DNA of 64,000 bases from Nitrososphaeraceae archaeon (GTDB lineage Archaea; Thermoproteota; Nitrososphaeria; Nitrososphaerales; Nitrososphaeraceae). Shown one piece after another: positions 1 through 10,284 of this stretch. The stretch spans positions 64,001 to 128,000 of the forward strand of contig DATFEP010000061.1 of assembly GCA_035250975.1 (NCBI GenBank). The letters run 5' to 3'. The notes under the pieces were generated by a model. The model did not search any database. It was not told the origin of the DNA and saw only the letters and a list, made by a program, of their open reading frames with translations. The translations under genes and the position numbers were made by a program. Position 1 is the stretch's first letter, and each line of letters opens with the position of its first letter.

Positions 1-781
1 TATTAAAAAATTCCTAAGTAAAAGAACAATTTTAGTGAGCATAATGTTGGTGAATAATGAAGTTGGAACTATCCAACCAGTTAAAAAATTAGCTGAATTA
101 ACTCATGAATATAACAAAAACATTATTTTTCATACTGACGCGGTCCAGGGTGTAGGTAAAATTCCAATAGATATTAACAATCTAAATGTTGATTCTTTGT
201 CAATATCTTCACACAAGATAAATGGACCGAAAGGAGTAGGTGCACTATATGTCAGAAATGAGATAGGTTTTAAACCTTTGATACACGGAGGTGGACAAGA
301 ATATGGATTACGATCTGGAACCGAAAACGTACATGGAATAATAGGGTTTGGAAAAGCCTGTGAAATTAGTTTAAAAAATTTAAAAAAAAATTATGATTTT
401 CTAACAAATTTGAGAAACTATCTGATTGAGAAGATCCTCAGTGAGGTGTCAGGTTCCCATTTAAATGGATCCGTTGACAAGAGAATCCCGACCAATACGA
501 ATTTTACATTTTTTGGCATAAACGGAGAAGATCTAATAATAAAGTTAGATGAATATGGAATTTTAGCTTCAACTGGTTCTGCATGTTCTATGAATAAAAA
601 GAAAGCATCTCATGTCCTGAAAGCAATGGGGCTAGATCATGAGGAGATTTCAGGGTCTGTTAGATTTTCAATTGGGATACAGAATACGAAAGAAGAGTTA
701 GATAAAACGATCGAGATTCTAGTAAAGAGAGTACAAGAATTGAGAGAGATATCTCCATTTAAATCAAAATATTCTTTATAG
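1..781 (+). CDS. iscS: Cysteine desulfurase IscS/NifS (5' truncated by window edge)
   Basis: HTDAVQ, SSHKINGPKGVG (PLP Lys), RSGTEN and STGSACS (catalytic Cys); the frame is open from position 2. Confidence 0.93.
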   Translation, partial: IKKFLSKRTILVSIMLVNNEVGTIQPVKKLAELTHEYNKNIIFHTDAVQGVGKIPIDINNLNVDSLSISSHKINGPKGVGALYVRNEIGFKPLIHGGGQEYGLRSGTENVHGIIGFGKACEISLKNLKKNYDFLTNLRNYLIEKILSEVSGSHLNGSVDKRIPTNTNFTFFGINGEDLIIKLDEYGILASTGSACSMNKKKASHVLKAMGLDHEEISGSVRFSIGIQNTKEELDKTIEILVKRVQELREISPFKSKYSL

Positions 782-822
782 AAAAAATTTATTATTGGGA
801 TTGTTAAAATATTTATAGCAAT

Positions 823-1296
823 ATGGAACATCAGATAAGTTTGAAATTAGGGGATATTGCTCCAGATTTTGAGATACCAGATATAAATTTGAAAAATATG
901 AGATTGAGTGATATTAAAGACAAGAAAGTAATACTTGCGTTCTTTCCAGCAGCAGAATCCCCAGTATGTACTGCAGAGATGTGTAATTTCAGAGACACTC
1001 TGAGTGAATTCAATAATAAAAATGTTCAAGTGATTGGAATTTCTGTAGACGGACCATTTGCAAATAAATCCTTTACTGAAAATCGTCATTTGAATTTTCC
1101 TGTATTAAGTGACTATAAAAGAGAAGTAATAAAGAATTATGGCGTAGTTATGAAGGATTTGGCTGTATTAAAAGACTACAATGCTGCAAAAAGGGCAATC
1201 TTTATTTTAGATGAAGATAAAAAAATATCATATAAATGGATTTCTGATAATCCTTTGATAGAACCAAACTATGATGAGATTATGCAAAATCTATAA
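823..1296 (+). CDS. Peroxiredoxin (BCP/PrxQ-like, AhpC/TSA family)
   Basis: GDIAPDF, FFPAAESPVCTAEMC (PxxxSxxC plus a second Cys), IGISVD, RAIFILD. Confidence 0.9.
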   Translation: MEHQISLKLGDIAPDFEIPDINLKNMRLSDIKDKKVILAFFPAAESPVCTAEMCNFRDTLSEFNNKNVQVIGISVDGPFANKSFTENRHLNFPVLSDYKREVIKNYGVVMKDLAVLKDYNAAKRAIFILDEDKKISYKWISDNPLIEPNYDEIMQNL

Positions 1297-1688
1297 AAAT
1301 TTTTATATTATTTTTGCTAGTTCTTTGAGATTCGATAACTATTTTGTTTAGATAATACCAACATTACTAAAATTTCATTGAGATTACAAAAATTTTGTAT
1401 TATGCTGAGTTTTGAATGATGTTGTAAATATATATCATGAGAAAACCAAATAAAGTATAACCACACGATTTTTGGACGCATGTTATATACTTGTTAACGC
1501 ACTTTTAATATCGAAAAGTGATAATTTTCAACTACATGAATTTTTTCTTTTATAATTGTAATCGATCAAATGCAAATAATATGTTATTTCTTTCTCCAAA
1601 TATTATATTTTTATTGATTGTTTTGAATTAGTCATAATCATAAATAATGGCTTTAAAAATAATATGATAATAATATCATATTTGTCTA

Positions 1689-2204
1689 TTATTCTATTAT
1701 TGCAACAACTTCATACCTTGATACTGTTGATCCTTCACTAACTTTGATTTCCTTTAAAACACCGTCTTTATGGGCTTTTATAGCAACTTGCATTTTCATT
1801 GATTCTAGAATCACTATTGGATCTCCCTCCTTTATTGGTTCTCCCTTGGTACCGGAAATTTTGACCACACGACCAGGAATTTGACTTTTAACAATATTTG
1901 CTTGACTTATGGAACCTTTTGATTTAAGAGACTTTTCAATAATTTCTGTTAATAATTTTGAATGTTTCTTGATTTCTATGTTGACCCCATCCACATAAAC
2001 CTTATATTTTGGTCCATCAGAATGTAAAATTTTTACATCATGAAAGGTATTGCCTAAAATAAATTCAAAATCAGATGTACTTGATTTCAAGAGTTTTAGT
2101 TCATAATCTTTATCATTTATTCTAAATACCATCTCTCCAGAACCTTTATTACGTATTACTTCTGCCTTAATAAGACCAGACTCACCCTCAAGTTGGAATT
2201 CCAC
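1689..2204 (-). CDS. accB: Biotin carboxyl carrier protein of acetyl/propionyl-CoA carboxylase
   Basis: ILESMKMQ biotinyl-lysine motif; GTG start overlaps the accC stop, with GAGGT upstream. Confidence 0.93.
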   Translation of the reverse strand: MEFQLEGESGLIKAEVIRNKGSGEMVFRINDKDYELKLLKSSTSDFEFILGNTFHDVKILHSDGPKYKVYVDGVNIEIKKHSKLLTEIIEKSLKSKGSISQANIVKSQIPGRVVKISGTKGEPIKEGDPIVILESMKMQVAIKAHKDGVLKEIKVSEGSTVSRYEVVAIIE

Positions 2205-3703
2205 TAGACATTACCTCTACTAGAATTATGTATGATTTTGTCTTGATTTTGATCTGAATAATACTTTTTAACGTATTCTGATTGTAGTAATAAAGCTGAA
2301 ACAGCCGCGTGCGATTTACTTTCGTATTCTCGACTCCTTCTCTGTAGCAATTTTTGCATTATGTCATATTTTTCAATATAATTTGTGGACATATTTCCAT
2401 CAATGAAATTTTGTTCTTCAATAATTGTCTTATGTATTGGAATAGTGGTATTAATTCCTTCAATATTAAATTCTGATAATGCATTTCTCATACAAAGTCG
2501 GGCTTCTTCAAAATCACTTCCGTATGTTATCAATTTCGCTACTAGCGAATCATAATATCCAGACACGTTACATCCTGGGTATAGATAAGTATCAACTCGT
2601 ACTCCTGGACCATTTGGAATATTACAAGTTGGCACATATCCTACGGAGGGGCTAAAATCATCAAATGGGTCTTCTGAATTTATACGGCATTCTATGGCAC
2701 ATCCTCTTAGTTCAAGATCTTCCTGCTTGAATTCTATATCTTCTCCTTCAGCAACTTGAATTTGTAATTTGACAAGATCTTTGCCTGTTACTAGTTCCGT
2801 TACAGGATGTTCTACCTGCAACCTAGCATTAATTTCAATAAAATAGAAATTTCCTGATAAATCGGATAAGAATTCTGCTGTCCCTGCATTTAAATAATCC
2901 AATGCGGATGCTGCACGTACTGCAATCTCTCCAACTTTAGCACGGGTGTGTTTATCTACAACAGGAGATGGAGACATTTCTATTAATTTTTGGTGACGGC
3001 GTTGTATAGAACACTCTCTTTCAAACAAATGTCGACCGTTTCCACTAGAATCTCTTATTAGCTGATATTCGATGTGTCGAATATTCTCAAGGTATTTCTC
3101 AACAAACAAAGCAGATTTCCCAAAAGCAGATTTAGATTCATTTGATGCCAATTCAAATTCTTGTCTTAACTCTTTTTCATTTGTAACTAATCGAATACCT
3201 CTCCCTCCGCCTCCAAAAGCAGATTTTAACATTACAGGATAACCAGCGTCTTTTGCAATTTCTGCAGCTTTATCAACATCCTCTACTACTCCTTCACTTC
3301 CAGGGATCGTAGGTACTTCAGCTTTCTTCATTAGTTCTTTACATTTCATTTTATCCCCAGCCAATTGCATCGCTTTTGCAGTAGGTCCAATGAAAATGAT
3401 TCCATGTTTTTTACATTCTTCTGAAAAACCATCGTTTTCAGAAAGAAAGCCGTATCCAGGGTGAATAGCGTCAGCACCAGCAGCATTTGCAATTTCTATT
3501 ATTTTATCAATACGTAGATAACTTTCTGAAGCGGGGGCTGGACCCAAGCGATATGATTCATCTGCCCTCTTAACATGAATTGAACGATTATCTTCATCAG
3601 AATAAACAGAAATCGATTTTATTCCCAATTGTTTACACGCTCTGATCACTCTTAGAGCAATCTCCCCCCTGTTTGCGATTAGAATAGAAGATATCTTCGA
3701 CAT
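2204..3703 (-). CDS. accC: Biotin carboxylase subunit
   Basis: LIANRGEIA, HPGYGFLSEN, GGGGRG, RECSIQRRHQK, EINARLQVEHPVTE; start moved to ATG 3703 (MSKISS), which follows an AGGAG Shine-Dalgarno-like motif. Confidence 0.95.
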   Translation of the reverse strand: MSKISSILIANRGEIALRVIRACKQLGIKSISVYSDEDNRSIHVKRADESYRLGPAPASESYLRIDKIIEIANAAGADAIHPGYGFLSENDGFSEECKKHGIIFIGPTAKAMQLAGDKMKCKELMKKAEVPTIPGSEGVVEDVDKAAEIAKDAGYPVMLKSAFGGGGRGIRLVTNEKELRQEFELASNESKSAFGKSALFVEKYLENIRHIEYQLIRDSSGNGRHLFERECSIQRRHQKLIEMSPSPVVDKHTRAKVGEIAVRAASALDYLNAGTAEFLSDLSGNFYFIEINARLQVEHPVTELVTGKDLVKLQIQVAEGEDIEFKQEDLELRGCAIECRINSEDPFDDFSPSVGYVPTCNIPNGPGVRVDTYLYPGCNVSGYYDSLVAKLITYGSDFEEARLCMRNALSEFNIEGINTTIPIHKTIIEEQNFIDGNMSTNYIEKYDIMQKLLQRRSREYESKSHAAVSALLLQSEYVKKYYSDQNQDKIIHNSSRGNV

Positions 3704-3714
3704 AATCCAATCTC

Positions 3715-5256
3715 CTACAAATTTATGTTCCCATGTTTTTTCCATGGCCCGATTTCTTTTTTACCTGAAAGGCATTCGAGTGCCTGTATAATCATGGGCC
3801 TTGTTTCCATTGGATCAATAACAAGATCTATTATACCCTTTTCAGCGGCTATATATGGATTGGCAAATTTTTTTCTATATTCATCGGCTAATCTCTTTTT
3901 TGTTATTTTGAGATCTTTTGAGCTCTTCAAATCTCTCCGGTGAATGATTGTTATTGCCGCTTCCGGTCCCAATACCGCTATCTCTGCTGTTGGCCAAGCA
4001 TAATTGATGTCTGCCTTCAAATTTTTACTTCCCATGGCAATGTAGGCACCGCCATAAGCTTTACCTATAATACAAGTAATTTTTGGAATTGTTGCTTCAC
4101 AATAGGCATATAATAATTTGCTTCCATGTCGTATTATGCCATTATGTTCTTGATCAGCACCTGGCAAATATCCTGGAGTATCTACAAGAGTAACAATTGG
4201 AATATTAAAAGAGTCGCAAAATCGAATAAATCTAGCAGATTTATTTGATGAATCAATGTCCATGGCCCCTGCTAGAATCATTGGTTGATTTGCTATTATA
4301 CCTATAGATCTTCCACCCAACCTAGCAAAACCCACAACTATGTTACTGGCAAATGTTTCGTGTATTTCAAAGAAATCATGATTATCAACGATGTTAAGAA
4401 TGATTTCCTTAATATCATAAGGATGATATGGATTCTCCGGGAGAATGTTAATAAGGTTTGAATCAAGTCTATTAGGATCATCGTTTGATTCTAATGTTGG
4501 TGGATCCTGACGATTATTTTGGGGAAGATAGGTCAATAATTTTTTGATTTTTTCCATACAATCATATTCGTTACTTGCAACAAGATGGGCAACCCCAGAT
4601 TTCGTAGAATGAGTTATTGCTCCTCCAAGTTCCTCGAATGAGACATCTTGACTCAATACCTCTTTTACCACCTCAGGACCGGTTACAAACATTTGGCCAA
4701 CATTTTCTACCATAATTACAAAGTCGGTCATTGCTGGCGAATATACTGCACCACCAGCACATGGTCCTATACTTGCAGTTATTTGAGGAATAATACCAGA
4801 AGCAGTAGTATTTCTATAAAATATATCACCATAGCCATCCAGACTCATAACCCCCTCTTGAATTCTCGCACCACCAGAATCCAATATACCTATTAAGGGG
4901 GCACCTACCTTAATTGCCTTATCCATTATTTTGACAATCTTTTTGGATGCCATTTCGCCGAGTGATCCACCTAAAATCGTAAAGTCATATGCATACACAA
5001 AGATCTTTCTTCCATTAATTTTGCCGAATCCAGTAATTACTCCATCTCCAAAGAATTTTTTTGTTTCCGATTCATCGTTTCTATGAGTTACATATTTATC
5101 TAGTTCAACAAAACTTCCCTCGTCAAGCAGAAGATCTATTCTTTCCCTAGCTGTTAACTTGCCTTTTGAATGTTGTACGTCAACTTTTTCTTGGCCTCCT
5201 CCAGCCTCTGCTAGTTTTTTCATTTCATACAACTTCTCAGATTTATCTTCGTGCAT
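3715..5256 (-). CDS. pccB: Carboxyltransferase subunit of acetyl/propionyl-CoA carboxylase (3HP/4HB cycle)
   Basis: GKLTARER, DSGGARIQEG, GPCAGGAVY, GKAYGGAY and the KKHGNINL C-terminus. Confidence 0.95.
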   Translation of the reverse strand: MHEDKSEKLYEMKKLAEAGGGQEKVDVQHSKGKLTARERIDLLLDEGSFVELDKYVTHRNDESETKKFFGDGVITGFGKINGRKIFVYAYDFTILGGSLGEMASKKIVKIMDKAIKVGAPLIGILDSGGARIQEGVMSLDGYGDIFYRNTTASGIIPQITASIGPCAGGAVYSPAMTDFVIMVENVGQMFVTGPEVVKEVLSQDVSFEELGGAITHSTKSGVAHLVASNEYDCMEKIKKLLTYLPQNNRQDPPTLESNDDPNRLDSNLINILPENPYHPYDIKEIILNIVDNHDFFEIHETFASNIVVGFARLGGRSIGIIANQPMILAGAMDIDSSNKSARFIRFCDSFNIPIVTLVDTPGYLPGADQEHNGIIRHGSKLLYAYCEATIPKITCIIGKAYGGAYIAMGSKNLKADINYAWPTAEIAVLGPEAAITIIHRRDLKSSKDLKITKKRLADEYRKKFANPYIAAEKGIIDLVIDPMETRPMIIQALECLSGKKEIGPWKKHGNINL

Positions 5257-5277
5257 TCGTTTATCATTATGGCACAG

Positions 5278-5297
5278 ACCATATATATATAATTATA
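5278..5297 (-). promoter_or_regulatory. Putative TATA box for the acc operon
   Basis: TTATATATATAT run about 25-40 nt upstream of the pccB ATG on the minus strand. Confidence 0.45.
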
Positions 5298-5386
5298 ACA
5301 AGAATTTCAAAAGTACAAATTTACATAATAAAAAATTAAATATAAAATGAGCTAATATCTACAAAGTATCGTTTTAGATTAAAAAT

Positions 5387-5599
5387 TTATTCACGAAGAC
5401 CCGATCTTCCGCCCTTGGCACGTCTAAACACGTTCATTCCAAGATTGTAATTTTCAAACAATGATTCTAAAGTCTCGATTTCAGAAACTAATGATTGTAT
5501 TTCATATTTGTTTTGGTCTTCATTTTTCTTTAGGGTATCGAGGCGAGATCTTTTTTCCGAAAGCAATTTACCAACATTATGTTCATATTCACTTGACAT
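5387..5599 (-). CDS. Small hypothetical coiled-coil protein
   Basis: 70-aa ORF co-oriented with its neighbours; heptad-like helix followed by a basic Gly-rich tail. Confidence 0.7.
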   Translation of the reverse strand: MSSEYEHNVGKLLSEKRSRLDTLKKNEDQNKYEIQSLVSEIETLESLFENYNLGMNVFRRAKGGRSGLRE

Positions 5600-5619
5600 T
5601 CATATACTAATAATAAAAC

Positions 5620-5994
5620 TCACGATTTTAATTTTACGATCCTATCCATTTTTTCAAGAAGTAGATATTGATATCTACCATAGCAACCAGGATCATTAAC
5701 ACAATCATTACAGATAAAAAAAAATTTTGGGTCAGTCTCTTCGCCCATGGTGTGATTATCATCTATGAATAAAGAACTTGACGTTTTACAAAATAAACAT
5801 TCAGCTTGGGGAGATGACTTTTTTACTTCATGCTCTTCTAATGGAAGATTATTCTGGGCGTAACAATCGAGATGTTTAATAGATTTCGAGATCTTGGACC
5901 AAAAAGCATACTCGCCAGATTTAATTAATTTCCCACATACAGAACACTTACCATTGAATTTGACTAACAATTTAATCCAGTCAGATTGACTCAA
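5620..5994 (-). CDS. Hypothetical Cys-rich (Zn-finger-like) protein
   Basis: CSVC...HLDC and CLFC...CNDC; overlaps the RFC stop by 4 nt. Confidence 0.7.
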   Translation of the reverse strand: MSQSDWIKLLVKFNGKCSVCGKLIKSGEYAFWSKISKSIKHLDCYAQNNLPLEEHEVKKSSPQAECLFCKTSSSLFIDDNHTMGEETDPKFFFICNDCVNDPGCYGRYQYLLLEKMDRIVKLKS

Positions 5995-7229
5995 CTTTTT
6001 TTCATCCTCTCTATTTCCTTTGAAAAAATTTCGAGATATTTAGAATCTAAAGAATGAGTAAAAATAAACTCGTTGATATCAATTTTATTATTGGACATAA
6101 TTTTCAATAAAAAGGGAAAATATAGGGTTCCAAATGTACTTGATGACACGTGGAAATACTTGGAAAGAATAAGAATAATATTTCGTATCGATTGTCCTCT
6201 AGAAAAAATCGTTCCTATCTGATACCAATTCAAACCATATTGATTGTATGCAATGCCTTTGTTTTGGCATTCTTCAGAGAAGTGTTTTGTTATCAAGCTA
6301 TTCATATATCTTAACAAATTCCATAATCTTTTTTCATGGATACGAGAAACAAAAATATCAATACTAGATAAGCTATCCAGCAAAGTTGATAGATCTCCTA
6401 TGTTCAATTTGGAGGAAACAAAACTTGTAAATAGAGAGTTAATTATGTCTTTTCTCCGCTCTTCACTGGATAACCCATACCTAGGATCATAAAAATTCCC
6501 ATCGAGATTATACAGTATCTTGATAAATTCATTTTTATTCTCACAAGAGAACAACCCATTGATACCGGCCGATATCTCTATTTGAAATCCCGTGTTTGAT
6601 AATTGATTATCATAACCAGAACATCTAGACTGTAAAACATTTATCATTGTTCTAACATCACCCTTACTCAGCTTCACAATGGTTAACTTTTCCCCTAAAG
6701 AAATACGCTGATGATGATAACCTAGTATATAATTTAAAAACATCAACAGCAAATAAGGAGAGATCAATTGAAATTTTATTATTTTACATAATTTAGACAA
6801 ATTTTTCATTTTTTGATTTGTAGAATTAGCGGCTAGTATTATAGGAAAGTGTGAGGATGATTTAATAACTTCTATAATAAAATCTAATCCTCCCGTGTCT
6901 TCTCTTCCAGAAATACCATCAACTTCATCTAAGAATAACAATATTTTTTTCCCAAGTAAACTATAATTATTAAGGAGAGGGTTTACCATTTTTTCTAATT
7001 GGATTTTGTTCCTTGTATCGCTAGCATTAAGTTCAACTAGATCATAATTCAACAAAGCAGATAATATTTTTACCAGAGTAGTCTTCCCTACGCCAGGTGG
7101 ACCTAAAAGTAATAATGGTTTTGTTCCAGGAAACCATTTTAAGAGCCACTTTAGAACAGACAACCTAACCTCCTCGTTTCCAATCATCTGCTCGAATTTA
7201 TTAGGTCGATGAATTTCTGTCCAATACAT
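5991..7229 (-). CDS. rfcL: Replication factor C large subunit
   Basis: WTEIHRP, GPPGVGKT, ELNASDTR, LDEVDG, GDVRTMIN. Confidence 0.88.
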   Translation of the reverse strand: MYWTEIHRPNKFEQMIGNEEVRLSVLKWLLKWFPGTKPLLLLGPPGVGKTTLVKILSALLNYDLVELNASDTRNKIQLEKMVNPLLNNYSLLGKKILLFLDEVDGISGREDTGGLDFIIEVIKSSSHFPIILAANSTNQKMKNLSKLCKIIKFQLISPYLLLMFLNYILGYHHQRISLGEKLTIVKLSKGDVRTMINVLQSRCSGYDNQLSNTGFQIEISAGINGLFSCENKNEFIKILYNLDGNFYDPRYGLSSEERRKDIINSLFTSFVSSKLNIGDLSTLLDSLSSIDIFVSRIHEKRLWNLLRYMNSLITKHFSEECQNKGIAYNQYGLNWYQIGTIFSRGQSIRNIILILSKYFHVSSSTFGTLYFPFLLKIMSNNKIDINEFIFTHSLDSKYLEIFSKEIERMKKS

Positions 7230-7239
7230 GGAATATCGA

Positions 7240-8376
7240 CTATGATAATTTTCTGGTTAATGGATTGATCGTCCTTTCGAAATATTTGAACAGATCTCTT
7301 TTAATTATATCATTATACCAAAACTGATTATAATGATTAACAGTAAGAAAGAGAAATTCTAAAAATGGTTTTAATTCAAATTCATTGGGAAGGAATTCTA
7401 ATGCTAATTTGGCTTCATCAAGGTATATTTCGCTTTTCTTTAGTGTTAGTTCAAAACCTTTCTTCACATTATTTGCAATCAGGGAATAATATAACGGCCA
7501 TGAAGGGATCTTAATGGCACCTTCGTTAATAGAATCTTGCATTTCATTACCACATCCTACTGCTTCACTGGCCTTTGCCATCCCAATATGATATATTTCA
7601 TTCAATGGTGTTTGATTTAATGCCATATTTCGGCCAGCTGTACCCATAATGGAGCGATATTTTTTATAACATCCAATCATATGTTCATCTGTGATAGATT
7701 CTGGCTTGATCTTTAATTTATGGTCTATAAATTGACCTATACGCGCATCTTTAAAACCATCTTCGAAAGCTTTGAGAACATGATCACCACCTTGAGTGAT
7801 TTTTTCTCTAGCAATATCCAAAATATACGGATTCATTAGTCGATAATCATCAAGATATTCTAAATCTTCGTCTTTATCGAGAATTCTGTCCATAGGTTCA
7901 CTAAGGTCGATGGCTATTATATGACCATCAATTACAGATGTCCTCAGTTCATTAGATAAATCCTCTTTAAAATAAGATACAGAGCCATCAAATAAAGCAT
8001 TTAAAACTGGAAATGTCATTTTCACAAAATTAGAATTTAAAAGTCGCTGTACCCGATCTGCTAAAATTTCTGGCCTGGATAATCTTGTTTTCACATTCTC
8101 GATCATAGATGAATCTAATCCCAACTCTTGTGAACCGACTTCTTCCACAAATTGAGAGACCGTGTTACTAGGAGTGGAATCTGAAATTATCTTTCGATGT
8201 AAAGAGAGAAGAAAGCGTTTGGTAAAATCTTCAAATTCTATTTCATATTTTAATTTATATTTGTTATATTGTTTGTATCCACGTTCCCTCAGCAATACTT
8301 GTTTAAGAATATCCTTACCTGCCTTAGTGCTCATTAGGGCACTTTTTGAGAATACAAAATCATCCTTGCTACTCAT
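7240..8376 (-). CDS. Hypothetical protein with a probable isoprenoid-synthase (trans-prenyltransferase-like) helical fold
   Basis: Long intact ORF with DRILD, GQFID, QDSINEG, SWPLYYSL and YLDEAKLALEFLP in trans-IPPS order (see findings). The CDS is secure; the fold is inferred. Confidence 0.75.
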   Translation of the reverse strand: MSSKDDFVFSKSALMSTKAGKDILKQVLLRERGYKQYNKYKLKYEIEFEDFTKRFLLSLHRKIISDSTPSNTVSQFVEEVGSQELGLDSSMIENVKTRLSRPEILADRVQRLLNSNFVKMTFPVLNALFDGSVSYFKEDLSNELRTSVIDGHIIAIDLSEPMDRILDKDEDLEYLDDYRLMNPYILDIAREKITQGGDHVLKAFEDGFKDARIGQFIDHKLKIKPESITDEHMIGCYKKYRSIMGTAGRNMALNQTPLNEIYHIGMAKASEAVGCGNEMQDSINEGAIKIPSWPLYYSLIANNVKKGFELTLKKSEIYLDEAKLALEFLPNEFELKPFLEFLFLTVNHYNQFWYNDIIKRDLFKYFERTINPLTRKLS

Positions 8377-8485
8377 GTATGGTTATTTCAATAGTAATTA
8401 TCAGTATTTATTAACTTTCACATAATAATTAAAAAAATTTAATTGTAATTATATTAGAAATTAACAAAATAATGATTTTAAATTT

Positions 8486-9094
8486 CTATCTTGAAGACAT
8501 AGCAATTCTTTCTTGTTCATTCTTTTTCTTTATTGCATGACTAGTCATGTCGTTGTTTGAGGCTAAAATAATTTCCTTCGCAAGTGCTTCCTCAATCATT
8601 TGAGGATTTGAATAAGTTGATTCTCTAACTCCTTCTGCAATAAACCTCAGTGCTAAATCAAGTCTTCTGAGGGGAGACACATCTACTGAAACATGATAAA
8701 CTACACCACCATAAACAATTCTAGTTGTATCTTCATTAGGTGATGAATTTTCCACTGCGCGTATAAGCAATTCTACAGGATTCTTCCCAGTTTCGAGAAA
8801 TATTATATCGAATGCAGTTTTTACTACATTAAGTGATTTTACTTTCTTTCCACCCATCCTTCCTGTATTTTTTGCATATTTTTTACCAAAATGCATCAAT
8901 TTATTAGCCAATCTCTCGATAACATGTACTTCAGCCTTCTTCAATCTTTGATGCTCGTGTCTACCAAATGACACAGGAACAACCATGGATGGATTAAGAG
9001 AAATCACCCTTTTTAGACCAAGATCATTTACTTCTATATCAGACACATCCCATTTATTAAATAACATTATTTTTGAATATTCTTTTCCACTCAT
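8486..9094 (-). CDS. rps7: 30S ribosomal protein S7 (uS7)
   Basis: LFNKWD, IERLANKLM, VDVSPLRRLDLAL, ERIAMSSR. Confidence 0.97.
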   Translation of the reverse strand: MSGKEYSKIMLFNKWDVSDIEVNDLGLKRVISLNPSMVVPVSFGRHEHQRLKKAEVHVIERLANKLMHFGKKYAKNTGRMGGKKVKSLNVVKTAFDIIFLETGKNPVELLIRAVENSSPNEDTTRIVYGGVVYHVSVDVSPLRRLDLALRFIAEGVRESTYSNPQMIEEALAKEIILASNNDMTSHAIKKKNEQERIAMSSR

Positions 9095-9096
9095 CT

Positions 9097-9534
9097 TTAT
9101 CGCCTTGGTTTTTCTTTCCTTCCATAAACTAATTCTTTTAATGACACGCCGTTAACTTTGAAAACCTGCCACCTTACACCGGGAATATCACCCATTGCTC
9201 CCCCCATAGAGCCACCAATTCCCTCAACCTCTACTTCATCATGCTCATCAACAAAATTTAAAGCTCCGTCCCGTGGAAGAAAAGCAGTTATTGATTTTCC
9301 ATTTTTTATCAATTGTATACGCACGCATTTTCTCACCGCAGAGTTAGGTTGTTTTGATTCAATCCCAACTTTTTCCAATACTATTCCTCTCGCTTGAGGT
9401 GCCCCTTCCATTGGATTAGTTTTTTTATCCAGCATAAGTACCCTTCTTTTATAATATTTATTAGCCCATCTGGAACGTTTTCTTTTTGATTTTAAAACAC
9501 GTCCAGCAAACAAGCCTAAAGGAGATTTTGCCAT
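9097..9534 (-). CDS. rps12: 30S ribosomal protein S12 (uS12)
   Basis: [24 protein letters not shown]; likely start MAKSPLG. Confidence 0.97.
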   Translation of the reverse strand: MAKSPLGLFAGRVLKSKRKRSRWANKYYKRRVLMLDKKTNPMEGAPQARGIVLEKVGIESKQPNSAVRKCVRIQLIKNGKSITAFLPRDGALNFVDEHDEVEVEGIGGSMGGAMGDIPGVRWQVFKVNGVSLKELVYGRKEKPRR

Positions 9535-9535
9535 T

Positions 9536-10027
9536 TTATACAATCACACCGTTGTTATTATTATTATTATTATTTGTTGTTTGTTCTGGGCTTAATATTA
9601 GAACATTAGAAATTTGAAAGTAGCGCCTCGCAAGCAACCTAGCTTTTTCCGCATTTCTACCTTCTTTTCCAACTACTACACCTTTTTTTTTGGAATCAAC
9701 AACAACAATAGCTTGTTTAGAACCGTCCATCCTCTTATTAATCTTTATTTCATTTATCATGTTAGAATTAAGTATATTCTTTAAAAATTCATCAACGTTA
9801 TCAGAATATTCTACGAGTTCAATTCTTTTTGGAACCACATTTTGGAGCTGTTTAATAGTAGATCCGCCCTTGCCTATAGCTAAACCCATTTGTCCCTTAT
9901 TTACTACAAAAATAACACGATCCATTTTTTCATCCAATATGCAATCTCTAGCTGTTGCACTTGTGATGCTTTGAAAAAGAGAAATAAGACGGAGTTCATC
10001 TGAGGTTAATTTTATTTTTTCAGTCAA
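9536..10027 (-). CDS. nusA: Archaeal NusA (KH-domain transcription factor)
   Basis: GLAIGKGG and [10 protein letters not shown] motifs; TTG start after AGAGGT; conserved position between L30e and S12. Confidence 0.93.
   Translation of the reverse strand: MTEKIKLTSDELRLISLFQSITSATARDCILDEKMDRVIFVVNKGQMGLAIGKGGSTIKQLQNVVPKRIELVEYSDNVDEFLKNILNSNMINEIKINKRMDGSKQAIVVVDSKKKGVVVGKEGRNAEKARLLARRYFQISNVLILSPEQTTNNNNNNNNGVIV
9551..9574. repeat. Trinucleotide repeat encoding N8 at the NusA C-terminus
   Basis: gttgttattattattattattatt on the + strand equals eight Asn codons on the - strand. Confidence 0.85.
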
Positions 10028-10284
10028 TCTTATACATACCTCTATTTGTAATTTTTCCTAATAGATTATTCGTCAAATGATTAACATGCTGTGTAATAAA
10101 GTATAATTTAAATTTTAATGAAATAATGTTCATTTGGATAAATTAGGTTATACACTTTCTTATTAATTGCTGTACTTTCAGAAATGAGAGGTGAAGTTTA
10201 AAAACTGTTAAAAATGTTCTTAAGAAATTTTACCACACATAGAAATGTAGTAGACAAGTCCAAATAAAATAAAAAATAAAAAAA

